From the NCBI GenBank assembly GCA_000708835.1, contig DF237016.1:181852-245851 (forward strand): 64,000 nt of DNA. The letters are read 5' to 3'. Under the pieces are notes generated by a model that was given only the letters and a program-made list of their open reading frames with translations, was not told the DNA's origin and ran no database searches. Origin of the DNA: Klebsormidium nitens. Taxonomy: Eukaryota; Plantae; Klebsormidiophyceae. This document shows, one piece after another, positions 14,097-25,509 of this stretch. Position 1 is the first letter of the stretch. Each line of letters starts with the position of its first letter. A program made the position numbers and the translations under genes.

Positions 14097-14402
14097 CGTC
14101 CACAGTCACATATTCATTGGAGCAGAGCTGATGCGAATCAGCACAATCATGCTAGTCCCAGATGCGTGTGATATGTAGCACATTCTACTCTCTCTGTAAC
14201 CGGAGTGCACCAATGCCACCATATACCGGTTTAAGTAGCTTGGTTGTTTATCTGACCTCTTCAGGGCTTTGCACACTTAGCAACTTCGATAAGGTTTCGG
14301 CTGCTCGCTATGTATACATCTACCTATCACTTATAAGGGCGTTTGCTGTGAGCCCCAGATTGATGAGGAGATGGAAGCGTCCCCATTTTGCTTCAGCCTT
14401 CA

Positions 14403-17260
14403 ATGCGCTTCCTAAGCTTTGGCCTGGGGGAGAACTTTGTAAGGATCCTTGAAAACCCAGGCCTGGCCGTCGATCATATATCGACATTCTCAGGCTGCGC
14501 TCAGGCACGACCGTCGATCTGTATGCATCTCATCGAACGGACGACAAGGATCCGTGATGGGAAGCCAACTTGAGCAGCTTACATGCTGGCTATCTAAATC
14601 TACAGGATAAACTCAGGCGCCATGCCGGGTGGCCGGATTCTGAGGGTATTCTGACGTGGGTCTTGATCAAGAGGCTTGAAGAGAAGCGATCATTGAAGGT
14701 GGCACGAAATTTGGACTATTTCAAAACCTGCAAGGGTGAAGCAAGAGGCGAGACTCGTCTTATGTGGGTCAGGCTCGCTTCCAATTGGAGTAATGTGGTC
14801 TTTTGTACAGTACCAGCTTTCATCGTCATTTGTGACTCCTCACGAGCTTTGTCCGAATCACATAGCTTCGTGAAGCAAGTAGAAACTTGTTTCGCAACGA
14901 GTCACCACGCCAAAGTGAAGGCTGGCGTTGGCCCTCAGTTTGGTCGTGCAGCTGGTTCTCAAGCAGCTGAGCAACTCAGTCATTCAACAGTATCGTGTCA
15001 AAGTCAAGCAGCTAGAGGCAAATGTTCAGTCCCTTCCATCAGTCCCCTCGATCATCTGACGTCATGTGTTGTGACATCTCAAGAGCGCTAGCCAGTGAAG
15101 TAGCGCTGGTCAGTAATGTGTTACAGCAGATCTTTTAAGGCGATTTTTCAACCATGTGTCTTGTCACTGCTCTTACGAGCATTCAGCGGCTCACGGCGCT
15201 CCAACGAACAAGTCCGTTGGGTTCCCTTGAGCAAATTTTCTCTTGTTCTTAGAATATTCTTCTCGCAAACACCTCTTTCTCTCTCCTGCAGCCAGGAAAA
15301 GGCTCCAAAAGGAACGACAAGTTCAAAACGTACGTGCACAAGGATCTGCTGACGACTCCTGAGTGGGAGGACATCCAGGAGCGGTTCGGTTTGAGTGCCC
15401 TTGGAACTACCTTGAAGCGGCATGAAGCGGGGGGGAAGCAGATGACGGTTCTAGACCAGGCGTTCCACAGCGGGGGGCCAAACGGGGACGAGCACATGTA
15501 CGCGAATCAAAGCCAAAAGAAGTCGGAGGGGGCCGGGGCGGTGGTGAGAGCACCGCAGGATTCGAAGAAACGGAAGCGCAGAAAGGGGGGGGGAGCAATG
15601 AAGAAACGGAGTGGAGAGGAAAGCAAGCCAGCGGGGGAGAAGCCTGGTTATGAGTTGTGTAAGCCGAGTGATGCGGAGGGGCGGAATAAGTCGTGCGCAG
15701 CGGGAGAGGGGGAGTCGGAGTCGCCGCGAGGTGCGCGGGCGCAGTCGGGCGGAACGCGTGCGGATACGCGGTTGCAGTCGCAGACGGTCGGATCGTGTGC
15801 GCAGCCACATCTGGGCGGGCTGCCTGCGCAGCCTCGGTCGCCGGAGCAGGTCGGGTGCGCAGCCACGTCAGCAGCCACGTGAGCCGGCCGAGCCACGTGC
15901 ACAGCCAATTGGGCCGCGTGTGCAGACGCAGTTGGGCACACCACGACTGCTGCGTGTGCCATCGCGGTCGCAGGCGCAGTCGGACGGGCGGCTCCCGCAA
16001 TCTCAGATGCAGACACGGTCGCAGACACGGTTGGAGTCGGAGAGAAGCGGCCCGCATGAGCAAACGCGGTCGCGGTCAGAGGCGAAGGATCCGCGCAGAG
16101 AGTCACATGCGCAAGCGCGGTCCCAGTCAGGGCTGAAGAAGCCGCGCGCGCAGCCACGGTCGCAGGGCCCGCCAGAGCAGAAGCGAACAGAAGCGGGGGT
16201 ACCGGCAGACGAAACGAGGAGGGCGGCAAAAACAAGGCCGGGTCTAAAGAAAAGGAAGACGAAAAGTCGGTTGCCCACCCTACTGGGGTTGGCACAGAGG
16301 AGGGGAAGGGGGAGGGGGAGGAAGGGGAAGAAGCGCGGTCGGGGCCAGGACGCCGCCTGGCGGCAGGATGCGTGCGACGGGCTCTATGGGATCTTCGACT
16401 CGCCCGGCCGGCGGGGGCTGGGGCGCAAGCTGTACGTGCACCTGATGAAGCTCATGGGTCTGGAGCACATGATCCTGCCGGGCCGCCGCGAGGGAAAGAT
16501 GCAGCCGCGGGGGGGCAAGAAGGCAGTTGCGCGCACGGGTGAGCCACTTTTCCAGTTTCGATCTTCTCCAAGTTTCGATCTTCTCCGCGCCGTCTTTCTC
16601 TCTTCGTCTTTCTCTCTTCCTGGACTTCGACTTCGTGCTTTTTCGTTTCTGAGTTTTGAGTGAGACTGTGTGAGTAAAGGCGCTTCTCAGATTGTTTTCG
16701 CATCAACTTTGCACGTCTTCAACAAAGCTTGCCAGTCTAGTTCGCTGAGGCTGTGTCATCCCGTTTACAAGCATGAGCAGCTATACTTCACCACTCCCTC
16801 GAAGCAGATGATTTGATGGACGGCTTATGGACATTTCGCCTTCAGTTTTCTTTGAGGCTGGCTCAGATGTATGCTGTAAAAGCGAAAGAGCTGGCCATGT
16901 GTCACAGACAAATACTAAAGGAGAACGGTCCAGAATCTTCTTTCTAGGACAGTGGCCCCGTTCAGTGACTTCCGTTCGATTCAGATCAGTGACCCCGGTC
17001 CGTGCTCTGCTGAATTGTGAGAGGCATTCTTTGACCATCCTGGACTTGCTGACGTCACCTCCTCTTGCCCGTCTTTGCGACTCGCTTTGAGAGCCTCTCG
17101 TTGGAAGTCGCCGGAGCCTTGAGATTTTGCAACCGTGTTATCTGTTTTGCTTACTATAAACGAACGCTCTGTAGCTTCCTACACAGATTTTCGAACCTGA
17201 AAAGAGAGGGTTTCTTACATATCTCTGCGTTTGTGTTCAGGCGACTCGAACAAGAAGTGA
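14403..17260 (+). CDS. Unknown multi-exon protein with a long R/S/Q/P-rich low-complexity centre and an apparent frameshift; divergent from the transporter
   Basis: Phase-consistent exons 14403-14438 (start uncertain), 14606-14735, 15296-16538 and 17241-17260 (GDSNKK*). The frame must change near 15850 inside the long exon. Globular-looking ends DKLRRHAGWPDSEGILTWVLIKRL and WRQDACDGLYGIFDSPGRRGLGRKLYVHLMKLMGLEHMI. Confidence 0.55.
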
Positions 17261-17707
17261 AACATACCAGGAGCGCTGCTCGCGCGACGGAGCGGCACGG
17301 AGGGGAGGAAGCGACGGCGTCAATTGTACATAGGGGCCTGCATAAAGACTTTTTGCTCCCAGGAGGAGAGGGCGGCGGCGTCAACTATATAGAGGGGCTT
17401 GTAAAAATTCTCTGTGTAAGGACTGTAAGGAGGCGTCAAGGTACATAACTAGACTCGGATGAGCATTGTGTAGGAGCCATAGATTACCAGGGGGCGGCGC
17501 CAGGTGTACATATATAAAGGGCTTACTTTTGGCAGCGTAGTCCCTGCCTTGGAAAGATGACAGTGGTCGTGCTCTCCATGAACTACCGTGCGCTTTGTGC
17601 CGTTCAAAGTGTGTAGTTATCCAAATACTTTGACCATCATTCATGCGCGACAGTTGCATCGACCAGGATATGATTGCGTGATCGCGTGTCAGCCATAAAT
17701 GCATTCG

Positions 17708-18066
17708 AACCAGAGTCTGGTCGTGTTTGAACCAGACTCTGGTTAGGAGGGACCGGACTCTGGTTAGCTGGGACCGGACTCTGGTTACGAAGAACCATAT
17801 CCTGATCCCGGTTAACCAGGGCCCCCTGCAGCATGGTTACGAATGACCGCATGATGGTTCTGGATAACCAGGGTCTGGTGGTACGCGACCAGAGTCTGGT
17901 CGCAGCCAACCAGACTCTGGTCGCTAATAACCAAGCCGTCGAGAGTCTGGTTAAGCCTCCGAAGTATGGTTAACGAGCTCACCAGGCTCTAACCAGACCT
18001 GGTTAGAGCCGCTAACCAGAGTACTATGGTTACGGTTTGGTTAGGGCCTGGTTAGAGAGTCTGGTT
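17708..18066. repeat. Array of about 10 copies of a 15-bp interrupted palindrome AACCAGA(C/G)TCTGGTT
   Basis: Copies at 17708, 17730 (perfect), 17751 and 17772 with 21-22 bp spacing; further degenerate copies from about 17866 to 18066. Confidence 0.85.
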
Positions 18067-18480
18067 AGCGGCGGAAATTCCCTGTGAAATTGTCGAAAGA
18101 CCTTTGAATGGAATACACGTCGTCCTAAGGTTTTCGCCTTCTTCGTCTTTTGCCTCCTCTAACTTTGAAATTACAAGTATCTTTTCTAGCACCTCTGGAT
18201 TTGGTACGCCCTTTTTGAGAAGACACTATATGGGCAATTATGGTGAGAGACCATATAGATCGATGCTCCTTTAGTCCTTTGAGTCTAACCCCAAGATCCA
18301 CCCACTGACATTCCGGGCGGGAGAAATTCTAGCTTTGCGGTCAGTTACTTAAGATGCAAGATCAGGCGGTGGATGCATGAGCTGTCCATGGTCTCTTCCC
18401 GACTCTCAAGCTTCTGAAGCACGTACACTTTTTTGATCAACGGGTTCGGCGTCAAGAGTACACCAGAATGCAGTGTGCAG

Positions 18481-18574
18481 TCAGTGCACCTATACGCCGC
18501 CTAGGCATAACCCCAAAATCTGCATCTCGGTGCAGATTTTGGGGTTATGCCTAGGCGGCGTATAGGTGCACTGA
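18481..18574. repeat. Perfect 44-bp inverted repeat with 6-nt loop (fold-back/hairpin)
   Basis: 18481-18524 is the exact reverse complement of 18531-18574; loop TCTCGG. Confidence 0.95.
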
Positions 18575-18717
18575 ACAGTGGTTCAAGCCACAGTACTCTA
18601 GGAGCGCCCCTACCACATGCCTGTCATACACAGTGTTCAACTTCTTCATTCCTGCAGCAGTCTAGCTCGGCTAAGTCATATATGTGGGATTGGAATCCAA
18701 ATCAAGCGACATGCAAC

Positions 18718-19099
18718 CATAGTTTGGACATACGGCCATTTTGCTTCAAAAATACGCTTATTTTACGTATTTGGGCGTCTTCCCAAAAATACTTCAAAAA
18801 TACGGCCTTTTTTCAACTTCAAAGACTGCGGTGCCATTTTCGCGCAAAAAGCGACAAATAAGCCAATTTTTTGGGTTCTCTTAGCGCTCTGACTCTAAAA
18901 GGATGGTGTTGACTTGTTTAGGAGGCAATTCACCAAGTAAGTTGTCCCAATTAGACTATTTTAAGCAAAAACATGGTCACGTTCCAAAAACACGTGGCGT
19001 ATTTTTGCCGTATTTTCATTTTCGCTTTTTAAAATACGGAAAAGTACGTGATTTTCGACCCCTCTGAAAAATACGCGTATTTCGTATGTCCAAACTATG
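18718..19099. mobile_element. Non-autonomous TIR element (MITE), hAT-like
   Basis: Perfect 17-bp TIR CATAGTTTGGACATACG / CGTATGTCCAAACTATG, exact 8-bp TSD CATGCAAC (18710-18717 and 19100-19107), AT-rich interior with repeated AAAATACG motifs, no ORF of note. Confidence 0.9.
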
Positions 19100-19446
19100 C
19101 ATGCAACGCCCAGCAAATGAAACGGGCTTGAACACACCTTTGCAATGACTGTGCTTGCCTGTCGTGGCGGTGATTGGGTTCCATTCGTAGCTCGAAGTCA
19201 CATTCACGGCAGATTAGGTGTGCTAGTAAATACGGTCTGAATGATTAAGATGCCTGTACCACAGAATTCTAGCAGAACTATGAAGTGGCAACGTTAGATT
19301 GTTCACCTGAATGACAGGAGGGAGCCTCTAAACGAAGTGGTAGTCCCTAGACAGGCACCCATTGCAACATCAACGAGATCGTGGCTAGATCAAAGGCTAC
19401 AACGGAGAAATGTTGCACTGTCTGCTCAAGTGACGTCATAGATACG

Positions 19447-20547
19447 CTACAACCATGGCATGTGTGCAAGCTTCCCAATAACCGCTGCCAACTCGGCACC
19501 CAGACCCAACTCCCTGAGGCAGAGGACTAGCGTAACTTGACTCTTCATCAGGTTCCGAGCAGCACCCATCTCTGCTTCAGTGAGCCGACAGCCGCCCTTG
19601 ACAAACACAATTCTCGCGCAAGCCGCGCTTATCTCTGTCCGGTCTCTAAGCCGTTTTCTGAGCCAGGCAATGCTACTAGGAAACGGACATGGCTCTGGTT
19701 CTTTACACATCCATAACACCATTGCCAACTGCCCCCCCTCTGCGGCGTGCTGCATCACATCTCCGTCCCAAGAACAGCCCTGTGTTCGCATATACCGCAT
19801 CATGTCTAAGGGGCCCTCTTCCGCCGCATGATTGCACGCCCTTCTTGTTAGCGGACAGCCCTGCGAATGTACCCACTGAAGCACTTCCAAGTTACCGCTT
19901 CGGACAGCGTTCCGACACATCAGGTCCGCGTCCCAAGAATAGCCAGCAGACCGTGCCCACTTCAGCATTCTCAGATCCCCTCCGGCTGCTGCCATCTCGC
20001 ACAAGAACTCCCTTTGCCGCGCGCCGGCATTGTGCGCCCATTGAAGCACTGCCAGCTGGCCCGACATCGCCGCATGATCCAGAAGTGTGTTATCAAAAGG
20101 GCACTTGTGAACCAACGCCCACTGTAAGACCCCAAAGTGACGTTTCCAAAACGCCGCAGAGCAAACCTCAGCGTTCCAGGGACACCCTTCGGAGCGCGCC
20201 CACTGTAGGATTGCCAAGTGCCCCTTCTTGGCCGCTTCGATGCACACGTCAGCATCCCACGGGCAGCCTTGCGCGCGCGCCCATCGCAACACGGCAAGGG
20301 AGCCCTTTTGAGCTGCCGCCGCACATATTGTTCCGCGCTGCAAAGAGTACACCCACTTCAAGAACTGCGGCTGACCGCCGACCGCCGCAGAGTGGAAGAT
20401 CCCAGTGCTCCAGGGAAGCTGGCTAGAAGAGAAGGCCCGTTTCTTGAAGTGCTTGGATTCATGCGGACCCACAGTAAGGTTGCAGATATTTTCCAGCCCC
20501 ACAGACTGCCCAACTTCGTCCGACTCCGCCAAGGTTGGTAAACTCAT
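19447..20547 (-). CDS. Intronless ankyrin-repeat protein of the (G)CPW-D-AA-G-L-LQW type
   Basis: Single 366-aa ORF (ATG at 20547) with about 8 tandem units such as ARAQGCPWDADVCIEAAKKGHLAILQW and ARSAGYSWDADLMCRNAVRSGNLEVLQW. Confidence 0.88.
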   Translation of the reverse strand: MSLPTLAESDEVGQSVGLENICNLTVGPHESKHFKKRAFSSSQLPWSTGIFHSAAVGGQPQFLKWVYSLQRGTICAAAAQKGSLAVLRWARAQGCPWDADVCIEAAKKGHLAILQWARSEGCPWNAEVCSAAFWKRHFGVLQWALVHKCPFDNTLLDHAAMSGQLAVLQWAHNAGARQREFLCEMAAAGGDLRMLKWARSAGYSWDADLMCRNAVRSGNLEVLQWVHSQGCPLTRRACNHAAEEGPLDMMRYMRTQGCSWDGDVMQHAAEGGQLAMVLWMCKEPEPCPFPSSIAWLRKRLRDRTEISAACARIVFVKGGCRLTEAEMGAARNLMKSQVTLVLCLRELGLGAELAAVIGKLAHMPWL

Positions 20548-21171
20548 GCTCACCGCAACGTATTGGAGATTTTGGCCGAAGCACTGCGACTGCTAAAGAA
20601 GCCACTGAATAAGAAAATGAGGAGGGGCGCCGCTCGCTGCGACAGACGTTGCTGCCTCTTCTCGGTTTCATGCTTCTACCGAATGTGCAACCGTAGCGCG
20701 TGAAATGTTGCAGCTATATCATAGTATATGACTCACGAACCCTTGATTAATTGGAAATCTGCCAGTCAGGATAGAATTACGTGGATATAAGTTGTTTAGC
20801 AGACGACGCATTTATTAGGTACCGGTATTAAAATGCGGTCCACGATGCACCGTCAGCTGAGCCTGGCCGTACTGATAAAAGACTGAGCGATCATGGCGGA
20901 CGTGGTACCGCAGCGGCCATTTTGGATAACATTCTGCCCTCGTGTCGTCACGAATTCCGTGAAGTGGTACGTACCAGCTACAGCGATCCGAATGGCGGGT
21001 ATACGGGGCACAGGCCCCGGGCTGTCTGGTCGCCGAGGCGTGGAAGTCGAGAATCACACCTTAAAACATAGTATTTAACCCGCGCAGCGACGATCATAGG
21101 CTCATAGCATGCCATGGCACCCCCGGGGCGGCATCGGCTGGCACAAAGCCGTCAGCTAATTACGTCGTATA

Positions 21172-21269
21172 NNNNNNNNNNNNNNNNNNNNNNNNNNNNN
21201 NNNNNNNNNNNNNNNNNNNNNNNNNNNNNNNNNNNNNNNNNNNNNNNNNNNNNNNNNNNNNNNNNNNNN
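21172..21269. other. Assembly gap
   Basis: Run of N. Confidence 1.
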
Positions 21270-21953
21270 CTTTGAAGATCCGGCTTTCCGCGTACGTGAT
21301 ATGCAGCGTGCGGCGATGTCGCCACGCGGCCGGCCCACCGTACCTGAATTAATTCAGGATTGCGAACCCGAAAGCTACGTAACACCTAAACCGCGACGGC
21401 TTTATCAAGTTTACCGTCTGCTCTCAAACGTGGACACCCACTACCACCCACCCACTGGCAGCTGCTAGTCTCTCTTGAGCCAGCAACTACCCTTGGTTAA
21501 CAACTTCAGTTTGTTGTGACTGTAGTTGCTGATGCCGCGTCACTTGGCAATCATTGCCTGAACGAAGCAGCTTTTGCCACTGCACAGCTGATTAATTTGG
21601 TGAGTAGGTTTCGCAGTGTGCGGCACTGCGCACCTGTGCTGGACACTTGACAACGTAAGCATCTCCGTCAGCAAACTTGTCAATGGCGTGTGCGAGACTG
21701 ACTCCTATATTAGCGGCCGGTCACTGTCTGACAGACTTACAAGACGAGAACGGTCAGAAAGTACTGTCGAGCGGATCTTGCAGTATCAGCTTTGGAATTT
21801 GGAACTAGATGCTGCTGGGATTAGCTGCTGGCAGCGTTCCATCTAGTAAAATTAATGTGCGATATTAAACAGTGAACTGGATCTCACAGTCGAACCTTCG
21901 AACCACTCCGAGTCCTGGCCCTGTCCTGCTGTGACGTGGAAGATACTATTTGA

Positions 21954-22766
21954 TAGGGCCCGGAACATGGAATATTGGAATACGGAATACCGCTTTTTGG
22001 AAGCAAAAGAATCCGGAATACCCAAATTTGGCCCCCGGAATACTAGAATACAGAATACAGAGTTTTCCCGAGCATACTACACAAGATGTTGCAAATAATG
22101 GCAATCTACTCGGTCTCGAAGTAGAAAGACCTTCAAAAGCATACAATGAACAAGAAAAAGCCCTACATGGATATACAATTCCCGCGCGACTCTTACGTAC
22201 TCAAAAAAAAGTCATAATGGACATTTCAAAAAAGGAATACAGAATACTCGAGCACCTTGGAATACGGAATACCGCCTTTTAGAAACCTTGGAATACAGAA
22301 TACTGGGGTCCAAGCCCGGGTAGGCAACTCAAGTTTTAAACACAGGGGGTAAGTTTTAAAACATGGCCACTGGTTTTGTTTAAAACTTCGAGAAAAAATT
22401 TAAAACCTGGTTAAACCTGTTTTAAACTGGTTTTAACGTGTTTAAAAAGTGTTTAAAACATGTTTATGTTTTATTTTATTTATTTAATCTTAAAAAGAGA
22501 AGGCCGCTAGTACTTACCCCCGTGTATTAAAAAGATCTGGTTTTAAACATGTTTAGACGTGTTTAAAACATACCCCCCGGGGTCGTTTTAAACATGGGGT
22601 AGGTCAAATTGACTTTTTTCGAGGTGAGGAATTCGATGGTTTTGGAATAAACAGGGAATTTCAACCGTTTCAACGAACTAAAAGATGTTTCATGAAATAA
22701 AACATGGACTTTTCCTGCCCCGAGTTGCCGCCCCGGGGGTCCAAGTATTCCATGTTCCGGGGCCGA
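21954..22766. mobile_element. Non-autonomous TIR element (outer, host of a nested insertion)
   Basis: Imperfect 21-bp TIR TAGGGCCCGGAACATGGAATA / TATTCCATGTTCCGGGGCCGA; flanking direct repeat TATTTGA (21947-21953, 22767-22773); subterminal GGAATAC(G/A)GAATA repeats. Confidence 0.75.
22315..22737. mobile_element. Nested hAT-like MITE
   Basis: 16-bp TIR CCCGGGTAGGCAACTC / GAGTTGCCGCCCCGGG (2 mismatches), exact 8-bp TSD GGTCCAAG (22307-22314, 22738-22745), interior rich in TTTAAAAC repeats. Confidence 0.85.
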
Positions 22767-23940
22767 TATTTGAAAGCCAACATTTCTATTAACAGGAGCT
22801 ACGGTCTTCGGAATGTTCGGAAAAGAAGAAAAAACGAGCTCGTGGAAGAAGCTACGGTACTCAAAGATGGGGTTCTGGGTACTCCTAAGATCCTAACTGA
22901 CTGCATGATTACTTAAATTCGTCCGAGGGTTGTTGAGCGCGCAGGCTACTACTCTTGCTATTCCTCTGCTTTTCTTTAGAGGAGATGTGGCAAGATCGGT
23001 GGCATCTTTTGTCGCATCAGGTGCACCTTACAATGAACCCTTGGATTTCAGCTGATAGTGACCGGAAACTGGCGTGTTCCTGATTGACTATAGCTCGCTC
23101 TGCACCAAGACCTTGGTTCATGGTGCCTCTGGACAGGTTCTGAGAGGAAGGAGGAGTGACAAGCTGCATTTTGAGCAACCCTGCCGCAACTGCGGCTTCA
23201 AGCGAATAAGGCGGGAAGCCTTGAGGTTCGTCAAAATCGAAAAGTTGATAGACATCATTGGGACCGGAAGGGGCAGTGGATTGGTGATTAAGGTGAGAAG
23301 CGTGCTTTCAACTCACCGATAGTAGTCCTTCGAAAGTCAGGTCATAATGCGCACTGCTAAAGGATTCTGACGATTGACCAGACTGTGATTCTTGGGCTGA
23401 AAAGAAATATTTTGAGGAGGTTCATTTTTCGGAAGCTTGTTGACCTATGGGTTGCAATGAGCCTGACAAAAACCAGGAAACCTTGCTGATTTGGTTGGTT
23501 GCAAGAGGTAGGCCTTTGACTTTGGGAGCGTTGGTTCGTAGGATTTTGAGAGTAGATTTAGTGTCAGAAATCTGGAGGTTGAGGGTAGTGCGCTGAAAGA
23601 TGGACCCTTTCCAGCCTTCGTACCCTACTTCAGATTCTATAAGGGTTCAAAAAGTACAACTAAGACCAGAATTTTGTAGCGCAATGGACCCACTTGCGTG
23701 TTCCAGCCCATCATGGAAAACGTGGGCGAATTTGCCCTGAACCTCCTCTTCTACCAAAGTCGACAGATTTGTGTTCTGAAAAGATCAGGATGAATGGCTT
23801 TAGAGCATAAGATACTTGACCCTTTCTTAACACATGAGCGTCCGAAGGACAGACACATGCTTTCAAGAGATGGAGTAAGAAGTGGGTATAAGCAGATTGC
23901 GCTATGCATTTTGCAATGATTGTTTGTTTATTGTTGTCAG

Positions 23941-23964
23941 TGTTGTTGTTGTTGTTGTTGTTGT
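23941..23964. repeat. (GTT)n microsatellite in a GTT/CAAC-rich tract
   Basis: About 8 direct GTT units, followed by repeated CAACGTTGTTTGTAGGC motifs. Confidence 0.9.
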
Positions 23965-24627
23965 TTGTTATTTGTTGTTTGGCCAACAACAAACAACGTT
24001 GTTTGTAGGCCATGCTATTTGGCCTACAAATAGCAACGTTGTTTGTAGGCATGTTTGTTTAAAAGAATGGCATCAGGGCTTTGTAGGCCATGCTGTTTGG
24101 GTGAAGGTTACATCCGAGTGTTTGCAATAGCAAATCCTTTCACATGTTAATTCGGGCTGCCACGGCCCGGGTCAGTTCAGCTGCCTAGGATCTTCAATGA
24201 GCCCAGCTTCATTCTGCACACAATGTTGGAATGCTGTTGTAAAGAACATCGTACCATGCACTATATTGGTTTTAGAACACTGGTCAGAATCTCCAAAGAA
24301 GGCAGATAGGTGCGCTCCAAGACTTGATTTGTGGTTTCTTGTAATGTCAGGTGCAGCATTCAAGCCTTACATTGAGCTACTTAATATCCTAGACTGAGAC
24401 TGCTTTCTATCTTCCATCCTTCTGTCCCATTACCTCCACCCTGTTGAGTCCTCACCGGTATCTTGTCTGCATATTTTAGTCCTTGAAAAAGACCTTCGAT
24501 CACCCTATCAATCCTTCTTTCATATACCACATGTCACCAGCATGTTTCATTTGTGTTTAGGACTTGCAGAGTTGATTCCACGAATGCGTATCTCAATCTG
24601 CAGAGCTAATGCAGTTCAGAGCGCCAA

Positions 24628-24894
24628 CAAACACACCTCCCCGCCACAGCAAAACATCCTTTCTTCCTTGAACCCGCTCATACATGTATCACTTGTCAAA
24701 GCCCTCGGAAATTGTCTAGATTCTAGTTTGATCAACCTCGCTTTACTTTCAAGTTCAGTAAAGTGTCAGCAAACACACCTCCCTGCCATCGTCAAAGATG
24801 TTTTTAATCTTGAACCCGTTCCATTCCCTTGTCAAGCTCTTAGAAATTTGTCTGAATCTTAATCTGATCGACCTGCTTTACTTTCAGGTTCAGT
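24628..24894. repeat. Diverged tandem duplication, period about 142 bp
   Basis: CAAACACACCTCC...CTTGAACCCG...CTTTACTTTCA(A/G)GTTCAGT present twice (24628, 24770). Confidence 0.8.
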
Positions 24895-25509
24895 GGAAGC
24901 AGAACCGCCGCACGCAAGACTGAGCGTGACGGGATCACTGAGGTGCGCGCACAGCCAAGTTGCACGGACCACCAAGGGGAATGAGAAGCGCGCAGTCATC
25001 AACTTCCAGCGCCGCAGAACCCTAGCCCGATCAAAAGTCCCTGCTTTGAGACTTATCGTTTGAGGTGCCCCCGAAAATAGCCCCTCATTTGGTCAGTTGG
25101 TGGGCGAGTGTACTGGTATTTCTATGCGGACGTGACCCCAAATCCTAGCGGTTAACCCAACTTGTAACCGGACCCCAAACCCGGTCAATCGACGCCAAAC
25201 CCGAACTTGATAGGAACAGCTCAAGGCGCCTTTCAAGAGGGGTGCAATCTAGAGGTCAGCCTTGGACATTCCAAGTGAAACGCTCAATTGAAAACCCTGC
25301 CTATAACCTTTTGCAAACCGCCGCCGCGGAGCGGAGGCAGCCGGCCTTTTCTACCCTGAGGCCCACCCGATTGTGAGACGCTTCTCGACGTCACAACGTC
25401 ACGGAGGAAAGCGAGCCCCGAAAAGGGGTTCTTAACGGACTTAGAGCGCTCAGTTGCGAAAGCCTTTTCGGAACCCCCGAGGAATTCGCTGTCGAACTTT
25501 GACTACAGA

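Noticed and set aside
15407-16295. Long antisense ORFs over the low-complexity exon
   Set aside because: Expected shadows of GC-rich repetitive coding sequence on the + strand.
17708-18066. CRISPR array
   Set aside because: Repeats are 15 bp with about 6-bp spacers and mixed degeneracy, there are no cas genes, and the context is eukaryotic.
22950-24400. Possible decayed retroelement coding sequence
   Set aside because: Frames are interrupted by many stops, and no Gag, RT or integrase motif is visible.
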